Of a stretch of DNA of 64,000 bases, positions 40,962-55,586 are shown piece by piece. Origin of the DNA: Octopus vulgaris. Lineage: Eukaryota. Each line of letters begins with the position of its first letter. The stretch's first letter is position 1. The notes beneath the pieces were generated by a model. That model saw only the letters and a list, made by a program, of their open reading frames with translations. It was not told the origin of the DNA and ran no database searches. The position numbers and the translations under genes are program-made. The stretch lies in the NCBI GenBank assembly GCA_951406725.2, contig OX597822.1:38068001-38132000 (forward strand). The letters are read 5' to 3'.

Positions 40962-43110
40962 CAGTGATACATCGCAATACGAGTTTAATTCGTTCCATAA
41001 CCGAGATCGTTTTACAATTTACTTCTTTTACAAATCAATTTTTCCCCATTGAAATTAATTAAAATATGATTAATCCGTTCCAGCACTCCCCACACCCCTA
41101 AACCACCGAAAAATTATTTTTGGTGGGTTTTAAACAGAAAAGGTGCAGTTATAAGAGAAATGACAATTATAAAAACATAACAAAAGAGAATATGTAAACT
41201 GGTTTTATTAATTTAATTACCTTAAAGGTGGGACGAATCAAGCGCGAAGACGAAGGAAAGGAGCGGAGGAAGAAGATTATTGTTCAGAAGGAGAATCTCC
41301 TTCCGGAAGAACATTTTCTGGTGTTTTCTCTCCCGGCCTAATTTTGGCTTTTTGGACACACGTTCTTCACTTTTCACACTTGCAGGTCGTTTCATTGGAA
41401 ACATATCACGAGAAGTCTGTTTGTTCCTGCCTTTCTAAATGTTACGAAAATGCACCAGAGCAGTGTCATTAAATAAAGCAGCTGTACGACATGTAGATTC
41501 TTTTTTAGGATGATATTTTTCTACAAATTCAGAAACATACTGCCACTTTGCCAACAATGCCTTTATGTTACTCGTAGAGATAACCTTCTCCGCTACACTG
41601 TCCTCCTCCGTGGAACCAATCTCTTCCACCGCATCCGAATGCTGCTGCTGCTAAAGCTGCAGGCGTTCATCTGTCGACAGCTCCTCTGAGTGTTCCTCGA
41701 CGAGATCGTTAATATCCCCCATCGTCAACCTCGAGGCCCATGGGCTTGCCAAGAGACACTATCTCGTCAACTACAGATGTCTCAGACTCAAACCCCTCTC
41801 GAACTCGCTTTCGGATACACAGTCAAGCCACAGTTTCTTCCGTGCAGAATTCAGCGTTCGCTTCGTTACACCTCGCCAGGCAGTTAATGTTGTAGAGCTC
41901 CTTCCAAAACTCTCGAATGGTTAGATTTGTATTTTCGGTGACTTCAAAGCACCGACGAAACAGGTGTTCGGTATACAATTTCTTAAAATTAGAAATCACC
42001 TGTTGGTCCATGGGCTGCAAGGTAGGGGTGGGGTTGCGTAAAAGGTATAGAACTTTTATGAATTTAAATTCATCCAGGATATCATCTTCGAAGTTAGGAG
42101 AGTGAGCAGGAGCATTGTCGAGGATGAGGAGGGCCTAGAGAAGAAGATCGTTCTACAGAAGGTACATTTTCACGGCGGCAAGCTGGCAGAAACGTTAGCA
42201 CTCCGGGCGAAATGCTTAGCGGTATTTCGTCTGCCGTTACGTTCTGAGGTCAAAGTCCGCCGAGGTCGACTTTACCGTTCATCCTTTCGGAGTAGATTAA
42301 ATGAGTACGAGTTACGCCCTGGGGTCGATATAATCGACCTAATCCGTTTGCCTGTCCTTGTTTGTCCCCCTCTGTGTGTAGCCCCTTGTGGGCAGTAAAG
42401 AAATAAGAAGGTACTTTTTCACTGCTGGTCCGAAGAGAAGGTTGACCCACTCACTGACGAATTGCGTGATGACCCAGGCTTTAACGTTTACCCTCCATAT
42501 GACCTGCAGCTTCTCCTTCCGGATTTTGTGCGACTTGAACGCTCGTGGGTTTTCGGAATGGTAGACAAGGAGCGGCTTAATCTTCAAGTTTCCACTCACA
42601 TTGGAGAGTTAGCCTATCTTTCATAGGCTTGTGGCCTGGCATTTTCTTCTCCTCTGCAGTCCTCTTCTTCAAATTATCGAACCAGCCATGACTGGCCTAA
42701 AATGCATCTACTGATGTCTCCTCTGTCGATGTTCTAGGGTTCTGTTTCAGGGGATCCCTATACAGTGCTCGTGCGTTCTCGCAGATGATGGTTACCGTAA
42801 TCGTATCCTCTGCATGTTGCTTCTCGTTGATCCACAGAAGTAATTTTTCCATCTCTTCGTGGACAGATATGCGTTGCTTGGAGAGCCTGGAGACACACTT
42901 TGCTGTTGTAATGGCCTTGATCTCGTCCTTTTTCTTCAGGATGACGCAGATCATCAACGTGCTTCGGACGTATTGACGTGCTATGTCCACTACACGTACT
43001 CCTCTCTCAAGTTTACCAGCGATTTCCTTCTTCAATTTTATCGTTATCAGCTTTTTCTTCTTCCCAGCATTATCTTTTGCTCTAACCTTGTTGACCAGGG
43101 CTGGATTTGA
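40962..43110 (-). mobile_element. Tigger/pogo DNA transposon remnant (degenerate transposase)
   Basis: HTH region KKEI..KLERGVRVVDIARQY, EMEKLLLWI; DDE_1-type KPLLVYHSENPRAFK, KAWVIT, QPMDQQVISNFK; one TIR TA-CAGTGATACATCGCAATACGAG at 40962. Confidence 0.92.
42173..42407 (+). mobile_element. SINE family B inserted in the Tigger transposase
   Basis: ggcggcaagctggcagaaacgttagca...gcccctt gtgggcagtaaagaaat; agaaggtac appears near both junctions. Confidence 0.9.
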
Positions 43111-43657
43111 ACTTTAAGCGTTAAGATGTCGAGACAAGTACCGCAGTCTCTAATAATTCTTTCATTTCCTATCATCGGTACGTTTGAACGATAAATAGAA
43201 TATTAAGAAATCAACATGGATTTAAGTAGTGCAGATTATCCAATATGTAACCAGCCGATATACGTACATCCTGTTTTGACACACAAACACTCAACCTTTT
43301 CAAACAAAACACTAAACTTAAACACATGCATCCTAATCCTCCAAAGAAGTTTTTCCAAGGACTAATATTGAACTCCAAAAGCATACTTATTTATTAGTTT
43401 TTGTAAATATGTATTATTATTTTTTTTAAAAAAAGCATTGTAAATTTCTTTTTTCCCCTTCCTCAATTTAAAAAAAAAAATTTTCTCTTCCAAATCTTGA
43501 AAAGTTGCCTTGCAATAAAAGCCGCTTTTGATTTCTTTTTTCTTTTTTAATTTTTCATACACCCATTTTTATTAAAATTTACTTTCAATATAGCATTCTG
43601 CCTTATTATTTTTTCCTCTCCTATATATAATACACATATATACTGTTTTAACAAAAT

Positions 43658-43693
43658 TGTCCGACGAACGGGAAAGTGGAACTCTGAGTAACA
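43658..43693 (+). ncRNA. Degenerate hammerhead in PLE-type repeat (~43600-43800)
   Basis: tgt-CCGACGA-ac-gggaaa-gt-GGAA-ctctgag-TA-aca: all three stems pair, two core deviations. Confidence 0.5.
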
Positions 43694-43827
43694 GCTTTTG
43701 TTATATTTCTTGTGCTTTTAAATAAAGCATATTACTCTACCTCTGGTATTTGAGTACTTTTTTTCCACCCTGTTACCCATTTATGTGCTTACTCCGGTAT
43801 GTATATATATATACAGACAGACAGACA

Positions 43828-43911
<84 letters not shown>

Positions 43912-43912
43912 C

Positions 43913-44413
43913 AACCAGCTTCTTTCAGTATCCGTTTATCAAATCCACTCACAAGACTTTTGTTGGCCCGAAGCTAAAGTAGAAGACACTTGCCCAAAGT
44001 GCCACGCAGCGGGACTGAACCCGGAGCCATGTGGTTGGTAAGCAAACTACTTACCATCAGCCACACATATCTATATTTATAGCTATAGTGTATAGATTTT
44101 TCCATATATACCCACATATATATGTTGTATACATATATGTGTGTGCGTATTGTTTATATATATATATACACACACACACACACAAACAGACATATTCTTT
44201 TTTTCTTTCTTTCTAACTTGTTTCAGTCATTTGACTGTGGCCAAGCTGGAGCACCGCCTTTAGTCGAACAAATCGAACCCAGGACTTATTCTTTGTAAGC
44301 TTAGTACTTATTCTATCGGTGTCTTAGAGCCGAACGGCTAGGCTACGGAGACGTAAACACACCAACATTGGTTGTCAACCGATGATGGGGATGTCAAACA
44401 AAAACACAAAAAT

Positions 44414-44505
<92 letters not shown>

Positions 44506-44675
44506 GATGGGCTTCTTTCAGTTTCCATCTACCAAATCCATTCACAAGGCTTTGGTCGGCCCGAGGCTATAGTAGAAGACACTTGTCCAAGGTGCTACGC
44601 AGTGGTACTGAACCCGAAACTATGTGGTTGGTAATCAAGCTTCTTACCACAGAGCCACACCTGCGGCATATATAC

Positions 44676-44724
<49 letters not shown>

Positions 44725-44771
44725 AATGCATTTGTATACAAATATACTACACAACCCTGTAGCATACATGT

Positions 44772-44863
<92 letters not shown>

Positions 44864-45195
44864 TCTTTTACTTGTTTCAGTCATTTGACCCCAGGGCTTC
44901 TTCTTTGTAAGCCTAATACTTATTCTATCCGTTGTTTTGCCGAACCGCTAAGTTGCGGGGGCGTAAACCCGCCAATATCGGTTGTCAAGTGGTGGGTGGG
45001 GGGGACAAACTCAGACACAAAAACATATACATGCATATATACCATGGGCTTCTTACAGTTTCCATCTATCAAGTCCACTCACAAGACATCGGTCGGCCCG
45101 AGGCAATAGTAGAAGAAACTTGCCCAAGATGCCACACAGTGGGGCTGAACCTAGAACCATGTGGTTGGGAAGCAAGCTACTAACCACACAGCCAC
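43913..45195 (-). mobile_element. Three co-oriented SINE A copies (43913-44066, 44195-44668, 44862-45195)
   Basis: Family matches separated by microsatellites. Confidence 0.9.
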
Positions 45196-45305
45196 ACACA
45201 TACACACACACACACACACACACATAATATATCTATATATATTGTTGGCGTCATAAGAATCTTATAAACTTCGGGAACCTAAAAACATTGTTTTTCTTTT
45301 TATGT

Positions 45306-45485
45306 ATCTCGAAGCAAAAAAGCTATAAATAATAGATAGAAAAAGTTGACGGCTACCCTCTCATGTTTACTGGAAATGTTGGTTCGTGTTCCACGGGCAG
45401 CCTTCGACTTATGCCATCCGAGGGTTGTTGTTTTTTTAACCCAATATTTACACGTTATTATTTATAGCTTTATTTGCTTCGAGAT
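45306..45485. repeat. Short inverted repeat, MITE-like
   Basis: atctcgaagcaaaaaagctataaataat / attatttatagctttatttgcttcgagat. Confidence 0.6.
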
Positions 45486-45675
45486 TCACCGTTCTTGAAA
45501 AGGAATTATAAATATGTGTATGTGTATATAATTATGTACGTATGTACGTGTGTACATATGTGTATGTATGTGTGTGTATGAATGTATGTATGCGTATATA
45601 TATATGCAGCTATATATTCACACACCCAGACACATCGTAACAAATTATACGAATTAATACTCAACATCAAAAAAT

Positions 45676-45719
<44 letters not shown>

Positions 45720-45871
45720 CATATATATCTATGTATGTGTGTGTTTGTATGTGCGTGTGTTTGTGTGTATGTCTGTATATGCACATATATATGTGTGCGT
45801 GTGTGAGTGTGTGTTTGTATATGTATATATAAACATAAATAAACATATATAAATACATGTATAGGTGTATG

Positions 45872-45985
<114 letters not shown>

Positions 45986-46001
45986 TATATATATATATAT
46001 T

Positions 46002-46043
<42 letters not shown>

Positions 46044-47039
46044 TCACGCAGACAGACACACAGACGCGCACGTGCACCCGGATAGACCTTATCTGTCACT
46101 TTGTTTAAAACCCATGTATCCTTATTTGGGGTCCACCTCAGTGGCATACTCCAAAGTCGGATTTCTAGTGTGAAAATAACTTCATCTTTATCCCATAAAC
46201 CTCGTTGACCCTACAAAAAGACCCTGGCAATAGGGTTCGTTTTTTTTTGTTTTTTGTTTTTGTCTGGCAAAAACCATTGAAATAGATAAATAAAATTTTA
46301 TATGCTTCATATTAAAGTTTAACTTCTGTCTCACCGATCTCACCGTTACATGAAGACCTACATTACGGCCTGTATATTGTGTATGACTTTATACTGCATC
46401 AGGTAGTGGGGCCCTGGCTCTGGATGTCTAGGGTTTTGAGGAGTGCCGAACCACTATTGTTCGTGGGTCTGTTCTGACCTGCAGCAATAGCACTTGTCAG
46501 TGCACCAAATATGGATTAATTAGCATTAACCCAAAGTAATTAATATTTTGCAACTTTTTATTTATTTATTCACTTATTTTATCGAATAAACCAAAGAAAA
46601 AAACCCAAAGAAAAAAAGAAAAAACCGTACTGAACACCAGAGCTGAAGACACCTCTGAAAGCGGCGGGATGCTCCACGTCGAAAACGGTTGAGGAATAGG
46701 GGCCGAAACCGGACATGGTTCCTCCTGATGATGTCCTTAGCCACTGGATCCTATAAAGGAGCTGTTGAGGTAGCAATCCACATATTTATAGTTGGAATTC
46801 CTTCTCCTATCAACCTTCGTGAGTTATTAGTTTGGTATCCACTCTAAAAATGAAATTAGATTTTGTTTATAGTTTTCAAATCATTTGCTTAAATGGTTCT
46901 CTCAAAATATCATAATTCTGAATCGTCCCATGGCGAAAGATATTTTTTAGCATAGGACTGTATCCCAATCACTGACTCTTCTCTTTCGGGCCAGAAAATA
47001 TTTCAACCCCTATGTTCATCTAATGAGGCTCGCAGTTAA

Positions 47040-47438
47040 GCTATTGCTCCTGTGTGGTAACAAGCTTGCTTCCTAACCACATGGTTCTAGGTTCAGTTCA
47101 ACTGAGTAGCACCTTGGGTACTTCTACAATAGCCTCGAGCCGACCGAAGCATTGTGAGTGGATTTGGTAGACGGAAACTGAAAGTTGGCCGTATATAAAT
47201 ATATATATGTGCGTATGTATGTCTTTGCGTTTGTGTTTGTCCGCTACCACCGCTTCACAACCGGTGTCGGTGTGTTTACGTCTCCGTAACTTAGCGGTTT
47301 GGCAAAATACACCGGTAGAATAAGTACTAGGCTTTTAAAAAAATAAGGATTGAAGTCCATTCATTCGACTAAAATTCTTCAAGTTGGTACTCCAGCATGG
47401 CCGCAATCCAATGAGTGAAACAAGTAAAAGATAAAAGA
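47040..47438 (+). mobile_element. SINE family A
   Basis: Head, body and tail; followed by a short LINE fragment (ILDLIQRRATRLV) at ~47445-47545. Confidence 0.88.
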
Positions 47439-47570
47439 TATCCTGCAACGATGCAGATGCTGCTCACAGACATCTTGGACCTAATCCAAAGAAGGGCTAC
47501 TCGTCTGGTTCGCATAAAATACCTCACTGACACGCTCCAGCCATGGGTATGCTGTATTCTCTCTCTTTCT

Positions 47571-47618
<48 letters not shown>

Positions 47619-47647
47619 ACTCACTATATATCTGTCTATATATCTGT

Positions 47648-47873
47648 TAAGGCGGCAAGCTGGCAGAAACGTTAGCACACCGGGTGAAATGCGTAGCCGT
47701 TTTTCGTCTGCCGTTACGTATGAGTTCAAATTCCGCCGAGGTCGGCTTTGCCTTTCATCCTTTCGGGGTCGATTAAATAAGTATCAGTTATGCACTGGAT
47801 ATAATCGACTTAATCCCTTTGTCTGTCCTTGTTTGACCCCTCTGTGTTTAGCCCCTCGTGGGTAGTAAAGAAA
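47648..47873 (+). mobile_element. SINE family B
   Basis: aaggcggcaagctggcagaaacgttagcac...gagttcaaattccgccgagg. Confidence 0.9.
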
Positions 47874-48674
47874 TATATATATCTGTCTATCTATCTATTT
47901 ATCTATCTGTCTATCTATCTATCTATCTATCTATTTCTCTATCTATCTATCTATCTATCTATCTTTTCTATCATTACTACAATAGTACCTTTACTCTCTC
48001 CACTCAAGCACATTCAAGTTTATTCTTCTTTGGTCCTCTCATCACCTCTCTTCTTCTACCCTCTCTCTGTGTCACTTTCAAGCCCCAGCACTAACCCCTA
48101 TATGCAATCCTTCCTCCCCGAAACATTATCCCTTTAGACTCTCACTCTCTCGTTTCTTTCGTGTACGTGATGACTTCCAATCATCTAAACGGAATATTAG
48201 CGACATCAGTCACATCTCTCACAGAGGACTTACAAAGGTCATTGACCCTACCCTTTCCTGCAGACTTAGTAAAAAAAAATAATAATAATAAAATACCTTA
48301 CATCATTGATTTTTCTATTACAGCTGTTACAATTATTACGTGGCGGCCTTAAGTCTCCCAGCATGCACTGCGCCCTAACTGCCTGAGGCCATGGAGTCAA
48401 ATGAACAAATGCAGACGACATGGCAAGCCATAAACTTTAGCTCAAAGCAATACTACGATGATAATAATAATTGAATGCAATAAAAGAGCAGTTTATCAGA
48501 TATGAGAAGAAAAAATGAGACCTCTTAAAACATGGAAACAATAAGTTAATTTTTAATCGCTTTTAATCTAACATAACATTGTCTTTAAATTAAATGGGAG
48601 ATTGACTAATGAGAACTAACATTACGAATTTTTGTTCAAGTATAATGACGACTACATGTGATTTCCTATTTTTT

Positions 48675-48712
<38 letters not shown>

Positions 48713-49189
48713 CTGTCAAAGTAGTTTGTATGATAGACAGTTGGTGGTAGATAATATTGAGAAAATTAATTCTATTAAACAGTTTTAATAGAGAAAATAG
48801 ATATACTAATGGCATGTCAATCTCTCTCGCTCTCTAACTTATTATACACGCACATATACATACATTGATACATACATACATACATACATATGTATGTATG
48901 TATGTAGGTAGGTATGTATGTATGTATGTATGTATGTATGTATGTATGTATGTATGTATGTATGTACGTGTGTATGTATATGTGTGTATGTATGTACGTG
49001 TGTATGTGTGTGTGTTACACGTGTCTGTCCCTTCAATCGGCCGATTGTCTACATCTTTGCTGCCTGTATATGCTTCTAGCTAGTTGTCTAATTGTCTGTT
49101 ATCAGTTTAGCTTTGTGTGTGTATATATATGTGCGTGCGTGTGCGTGTGTGTGTGTGTCTGTGTCTGTGTCTGTGTCTGAGTGTGTGTA

Positions 49190-49222
<33 letters not shown>

Positions 49223-50339
49223 ATGTATGTATGTATGTATGTATGTATGTATGTATGTATGCATGTATGTATGTATACACATACAGACATATGTGTGTGG
49301 AGGTGCGTAAGTATATGTTTGAAAAGGAAGTTACCGGCAGAAAGCCACTATTGCTTCGTGCGGCTGCAGTTATCGATGATAATGATGATGATGATGATGA
49401 TGATGATGAGGAGGAGGAGGAGGAGGAGGAGGGGAGGAGGGGGAGGACGACGACGACGACGACGAGGAAAACGACGTTGAACGATGACTTGATAATTTTA
49501 GAAAAAAAAACAAGAAAATAAAAGATGTATAAAATAATGAGTAAAGGAAATTTCGGTTTTGCATTCGATTTTCAAGATTCTTTATGTAGATTCGTGTTAG
49601 TGAAAAGTTAATTAAAATCGGTTAATATCCGAGGGCATGTCCAGCTTAAACTACTACTACTACTACTACTACTATTAATACGACTGCTATTAATACTACT
49701 ACTGCCGCCACCAACGCCACTAATACCACCACCACAACTACTGCTGCCACAACTACTTTTACCACCACCATTACTACTACTACCACCATCACTACCCCGA
49801 TCACACTACTCCTACCACCACCACAACTACTACTGCTACTACCACTGCCACAACTATTACCACTACCACAACTAAATCTACTACCTCAATTACTGCCACT
49901 ACAACTACTCCTACCACCACCTCTACAGCTAAATCTACTACTACTACTACAATTAAAGCTGCTGCTGCTGCTACTACTACACTACATTATTTGAGGTACA
50001 GTTAGGGCGGTATTGCATCGGACAAAATGCTTTGTGGTTCTTAACCACGTCTGTATACTGTATGTTGCGAGTTCAAATCACGTCGAAGTTAACTTTGCCT
50101 GGCGATATGCATTCGTTGCGTGGTTAAAAAGCATGCTTCGCAACCATGTGGTCTTGGGTTCGGTCCCACTGTGTGACACCTTAAGCAAGTTTCTTCTGCT
50201 ATAGCTCCGGATCGACCAGTGCTTTATGAAAGAGTTTATTTGGTAGACGGAAACTATGAGGAAGCCTGCTGTGTATATGTGTGTGTGTGTGCGTGCGTAC
50301 GGTTATGTATGCATGTTTGCATGTATGTATGTGTGTGTG

Positions 50340-51185
50340 CTCAAATAGGTGTACGACTTCTACTGTGAAGTTTCTGATAAGTCCAGGGCCACGCTACAAA
50401 ACCTTCGTCTGTATTGTCAGTCAGAGAATGGATATATCTTCCAGTCAGACCAGGAACACATACCTGCCACTCATGTTGTCCTCACTGTCTATTGAAAATT
50501 CTAGAACTTCCATTTTCCAATCTTTTACATAGAGTTCTTTGTTTATAACTCTTTTTCAGCCTTAACTTGAGTGACATCAATACCATAACGTGACCATTGT
50601 CGACATTGGCACCAGGGAAGGTCCAGATCTTGGACTTAATGCTGGATTTGAAACTTTGAGGTGCAAGGCTGAAATCGATTTGGTTAATAGTTCTGCCACA
50701 AGATACGGGCTACGTTATTCCAGGTTAAACTTTTCCTTGGGGACAAATTCTAAAAGTCGCAGTTCATCATTAATTTTCCAACCCCTGAGCATCCCACTGT
50801 TCCTGTCCCCTGCTCATATTCACCCGGGTCTGTTTTTGCAATCCTGTCTCCCAAAGATGAGGACGTTTTTCTTTGGAGCTGGTTTGATTGTTTCCGTTAC
50901 AGTCAAGTGTTGAAGCATAGATTTAGATTATGGAAATGATGTGTAGTGTTGCAGTAATGCATATGGCTGAGTCTGCAGGAATCTGGTGTTCAGCTGATGA
51001 TTGACTCTTTTCTGTTTGTGTTAACTAAAAAGCCCGTATTTTGTTGTCAGTTCCATTGCGCCACAATTTATGGCCTTCATCCGTTGTCCTTTTATTAAAA
51101 CCATTCCACCTAATTTCAGCCAAACTTTTGTTCGTTCCCATGTTTATTTGTCAAGTTTATGAGAAAGTGCTTTCATCTCCCCGAA

Positions 51186-51223
<38 letters not shown>

Positions 51224-52330
51224 CTCTCTCTCTCACACACACACAGTGGATCCGGACGTTCTATGTCCCAAAGACGATCCTTTCTCCAAGAAGTTATCTG
51301 TTGATATCAGTGCCCTTGTAATTCCTTCATCCTCTGCTCGATATCACACAGGTCATCAGCACACTGAGGACTGGCAACAGAAATTGCAGCTGTTGGTTTT
51401 CAAAGCCTTTAACGATCTGGCATGTTATTTATTTGGTGTGTGTCCATCATGGCAACTCACCGGTCCACTAAAATACCGTGATAGCGTCCATCTCCTCTCC
51501 AAGCAGCTTAGCTCCTCATTGTGTTTAACCTGATAGCAGAAGCAGTGACTGGGGTGTGGCTTGGAAAAGATGTCGGAGTTTTAAAAGTGAGAGTCAGATG
51601 AGAACCGGGTGAGAACCAGATGAGAACCAGTACACTCGCTGTCAAACATGAAGATACTTTCTCTATCTGAACACCCATCACCAACATCACGAAACAAAAG
51701 ACCACTCAAACACGAGATGGCCACTGCTCGTTCAAACATTTTCAGTCCCATGGACTCTGTTGCTACATCGAAAAACTTCTTCCAAACAGACTAACATGTA
51801 TACAATACCCTTGGACAAATCTGAAACATCTTATGAACACCCTGCCCCATCCAGTCATAGAAGCGTAAGGAACACATAGGTGAAAAAAAATAGCTGCAAC
51901 ATCAACAGCAACATTAGCCTCTGCCCTCTTATTATTGCTGTTCCAGCAATAAGATCAAAAGTACTATCACACTCAGACCGAATCCATCTTGCCAGATTCC
52001 ACTAAGGCCACAGCCAGAATCTAGGGCGGGGCACAGAAATAGAGTGTACGGTATTAGGAGGGCAACATGTCCACACTGTCACACCGAACCCTACACCGCA
52101 ATAATGATTGTGCTATCTGGCGCGCTTGCTCTGCCAGTGGGACATTTGTCAAATTTGCAAGTTCAATTGCTGGAACGCTTGGTCCGACCGTCGGATGTTG
52201 TCGGCATTCGTGAGGAGCACGGTGAACTCGTTGGTCAGAGCCAACTCAACCTGTCTCGGGTGAATGCTGTTACAGGTACAAGTACTGTCACACTCTGATT
52301 ATTACCATTCAGTACTAAATGTCAGATGTA
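50340..52330 (+). pseudogene. Possible highly decayed non-LTR retrotransposon
   Basis: Scattered motif remnants in order: FKAFND, IVFNLIAE, CPHCHTE; many stops. Confidence 0.3.
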
Positions 52331-52434
52331 CTGTATTTGCAGGTGTAGAGGAATAAACTGGATTGTGGTGAGAGTGCAGCATGTCCACACCGTCACACTA
52401 CAACCCCTATGATTCATCACGGAATGTCGGAGTT

Positions 52435-52748
52435 TGTAATATAAATCTCAACTAGGCGCGAACAGTATCACCAGGAAGATGGATCTATTTATGGTGTCCG
52501 GTTGTTTAGCCGATTACCAACATGCCATAAGACCTCTGAATCAATCAAGCGCTCAGTAAAGTAACTAATAAGGAGCTATAGGTGGTGGGGAGGCACTTTT
52601 GGATCTGCTGTATAAGTCTTTATAGGAGCGGGGTGGTGGAAGTTGAAAATCTCAAGAGTTGCTCCGGGTGGCACATAGTCTAGCTACATCATGGCGTAGT
52701 TGTGACATGGAGATATACAACAACAACACAGCACCATATTGTATTACA
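52435..52748. mobile_element. Possible solo LTR
   Basis: TGTAATA...TATTACA termini; no TSD found. Confidence 0.25.
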
Positions 52749-52861
52749 TAACGAGGAGCCAACGTGAAGCCTTTATATGGTCGCTCGCTCTTCGAAAAAA
52801 AGCAGCTAAATTTCAATTAAACTGTATCCTACTAACTTATAAAAAGAATACATTAGATCAT

Positions 52862-53165
52862 GTGAGGGTGCATGGCCAAGCGGTTAGGGTGTAGCCCTGA
52901 AGATTGCAAGATTGTGGTTTCGATTGCTGGACTGGGTCCTACGTTGTGTTCTTGAGCAAAACACTGCATCTCATTTGCTCTGCAATCACTTCCATGCCTG
53001 ACACGTGGTACGCAGTGCACTCGTTCAGACAACATCGATTTGATGGAGATAGTAAGCTAATGTGCCGCACATACATTTGATCATTATAAACAAATCATTT
53101 GCGCTAGTTGTTCAGCAAGAAATTACAGAACCATCTTTCTCAGACTCGAGAGACTGCCATCATAC
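52862..53165 (+). mobile_element. tRNA-derived SINE family C
   Basis: gcatggccaagcggttagggt...gtttcgatt; homologous to 19795-20085. Confidence 0.8.
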
Positions 53166-53680
53166 ACATTAAATTATGTAGTCCAAGTATACTATGTGTA
53201 AAAGACATGTTAGTCACGAATTGAATGCCCACTCGAGCTGAGCTGGCACGGACTTAAAAACGCCAAAAGCAACTTCAGCCCCATTAATGGCCAATACACT
53301 TCTCATTTTCTCCCTCCCCCCATGAACGAACCAACCCATAATGTTTGACTTCACATGACACACAACACAAAATTACCGCTCAGTCGCGACTCCAATCTTC
53401 ATTGTTTACAGTGATGAAAAATTTCCATCAGCTAATTCTGTTGGAGTTATCTCTCTTCTTGTTATAGTTTTTCTAAATATATTCTAAACACCTCTAGAGG
53501 CATAGGCTCGAGAACAAGGGGTGCAGGGGTACGCTTGCACCCCCTAATTGTTTTAGTGGGTGCGGATGCACTGCAAACGCTTTGAACATCTTTCTGAAAA
53601 ACCTCATTGCCAAAACGACCGAACGTAAAAGCATTTTAGGACTGATTTGAAACGTTATTTTTCCATTATTGGATTTATAT

Positions 53681-54555
53681 AAGGCGGCGAGCTGGCAGAA
53701 ACGTTAGCACGCCGGGCGAAATGCTTAGCGGTATTTCGTCTGCTGTTACGTTTTGTGTTCAAATTCCGCCGAGGTCGACTTTGCTTTTCATCCTTTCGAG
53801 GTCGATAAATTAAGTACCAGTTACGCACTGGGGTCGATATAATCGACTTAATCCATGTGTCTGTCCTTGTTTGTCCCCTTTGTGTTTAGCCCCTTGTGAG
53901 TAGTAAAGAAATAGGTATTTCTGAGTTCAAATTCCGCCGTGGTCGACTTTGCTTTTTATCCTTTCGGGGTCGATAAATTAAGTACGAGTTACGCACTGGG
54001 GTCGATGTAATCGACTTATTCCTTTTGTCTGTCCTTGTTTGTCCCCTCTATGTTTAGCCCCTTGTGGGTAATAAAGAAATAAGAAACGTTGGCACGCCGG
54101 GCAAACTGCTCAGCAGTATTTCATCTGTATTTACGTTCTAAGTTCAAATTTTTCCAAGATCGACTTTGCCTTTCGGAGTCGATAAATTAAGTACCAGTTA
54201 CGTACTGGGGTCGATCTAATCGACTGGTCCCTTCCCCAAAAACTTCGGGCCTTGTGCCTAGAGTAGAAAAGAATATAAAAGGGCATCATGTAATTTGATT
54301 GTTGTGCAAACAATAATTTTTGTTATTATAGTTTTGTTTTGATACTCTTTTCTACTCCAGGCACAAGGCTCGTAATTTGGGGGGAGGGGGCCAGTCGATG
54401 AGATCGACCTCAGTACGCAACTGGTACTTAATTTATCGACCTAGAAAAGATGAAAGGCAATGTCGACCTCGGCGGAATTTGAATGCAGAACGGAAAGACA
54501 GACAAAATACCGCTAAGCATTTCGCCCGGCGCGCTAACGTTTCTGCCAGCTCACC
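53681..54555. mobile_element. SINE B cluster: three tandem + modules (53681-54275) and one - copy (54345-54555)
   Basis: Repeated family blocks; further copies at 55010-55155 (+), 55715-55925 (-), 29698-29897 (+). Confidence 0.9.
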
Positions 54556-55437
54556 ACTCTGTGTTTGTTTCGGTATTAAGATCGAAAAAATCGACCTTAT
54601 TTGTAAAAGATTTTGCACCCACTAAGCAAATTTCGTTCCCGCTCCTACGTCCAAAAAGTGGTTTTGTATATTAATTGCTTAAATAATCTTAATTAGAGTT
54701 CTTCGACATTTAATGTTACGTATGCGAGACCCTACCGTATTCGTTGTCTTTGGTCTTTAGTAGCGTTAACAGAACATATCGTTCTCACTGCGACATTCAC
54801 ATAACACAACATCACACGTAAGATGTCCTATAATTTATCACACATTCTCACTACCACACTACATTCACACAGCACTACAGCAGAACACCACATGTGACAT
54901 ATCCCCCTACCATACAATATATTACACACATTCTCACTGCCATACTCTACAGCACTATATGCAAGATGTCTCACTAATGCGCAATTAACTACATGTCCGC
55001 ATCTCTCCTTACGTCCTGAGTTCAAATTCCGCCGAGGTCGATTTTGCCTTTCATCCTTTGGGAGTCAATAAAATAAGTACCAATTGAGCACTGGGGTCGA
55101 TGTAATCGACTCGATCCTTACTCCGATTTTGTTGGCCTTGTGCCAACATTTAAAACCGATATACTACATTTCTTCATTGCCGCACTACATTCACACATTA
55201 CAGTACAACACCACATGTGAGGTGTACAACTGTTACAGAATATATTATATATTCTCGCTACAACACTCCTTTGCCCGTAAAAAATCCACACAAGCTCCAT
55301 GACATATTATAAAACGTGTAGCAATCCCTTCCCACTACATCACCGAGTAATATATCCAGAGTATCACATCACATCCCACAGAAAATGTCCTAACTACCAA
55401 ACCACATCATATAAACTCTTTTCACAGCAGCGCTAAA

Positions 55438-55479
<42 letters not shown>

Positions 55480-55551
55480 CTAACCACATATGAATCGTTG
55501 GCGATTTTTGTCCTCCGTCTTCCTTTTCTCTTGGACGTTCCTCTGTTTCCT

Positions 55552-55586
55552 GTTTCTGAAGAAGAGCTTTGCTCGAAACGTAAAAC
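55552..55586 (+). ncRNA. Minimal type I hammerhead ribozyme
   Basis: gttt-CTGAAGA-a-gagc-ttt-gctc-GAAA-cg-TA-aaac; palindromic ACGT stem III. Confidence 0.8.

Noticed and set aside
49640-49985. Thr-rich ACT/ACC region as mucin exon
   Set aside because: Degenerate simple repeat without convincing splice sites
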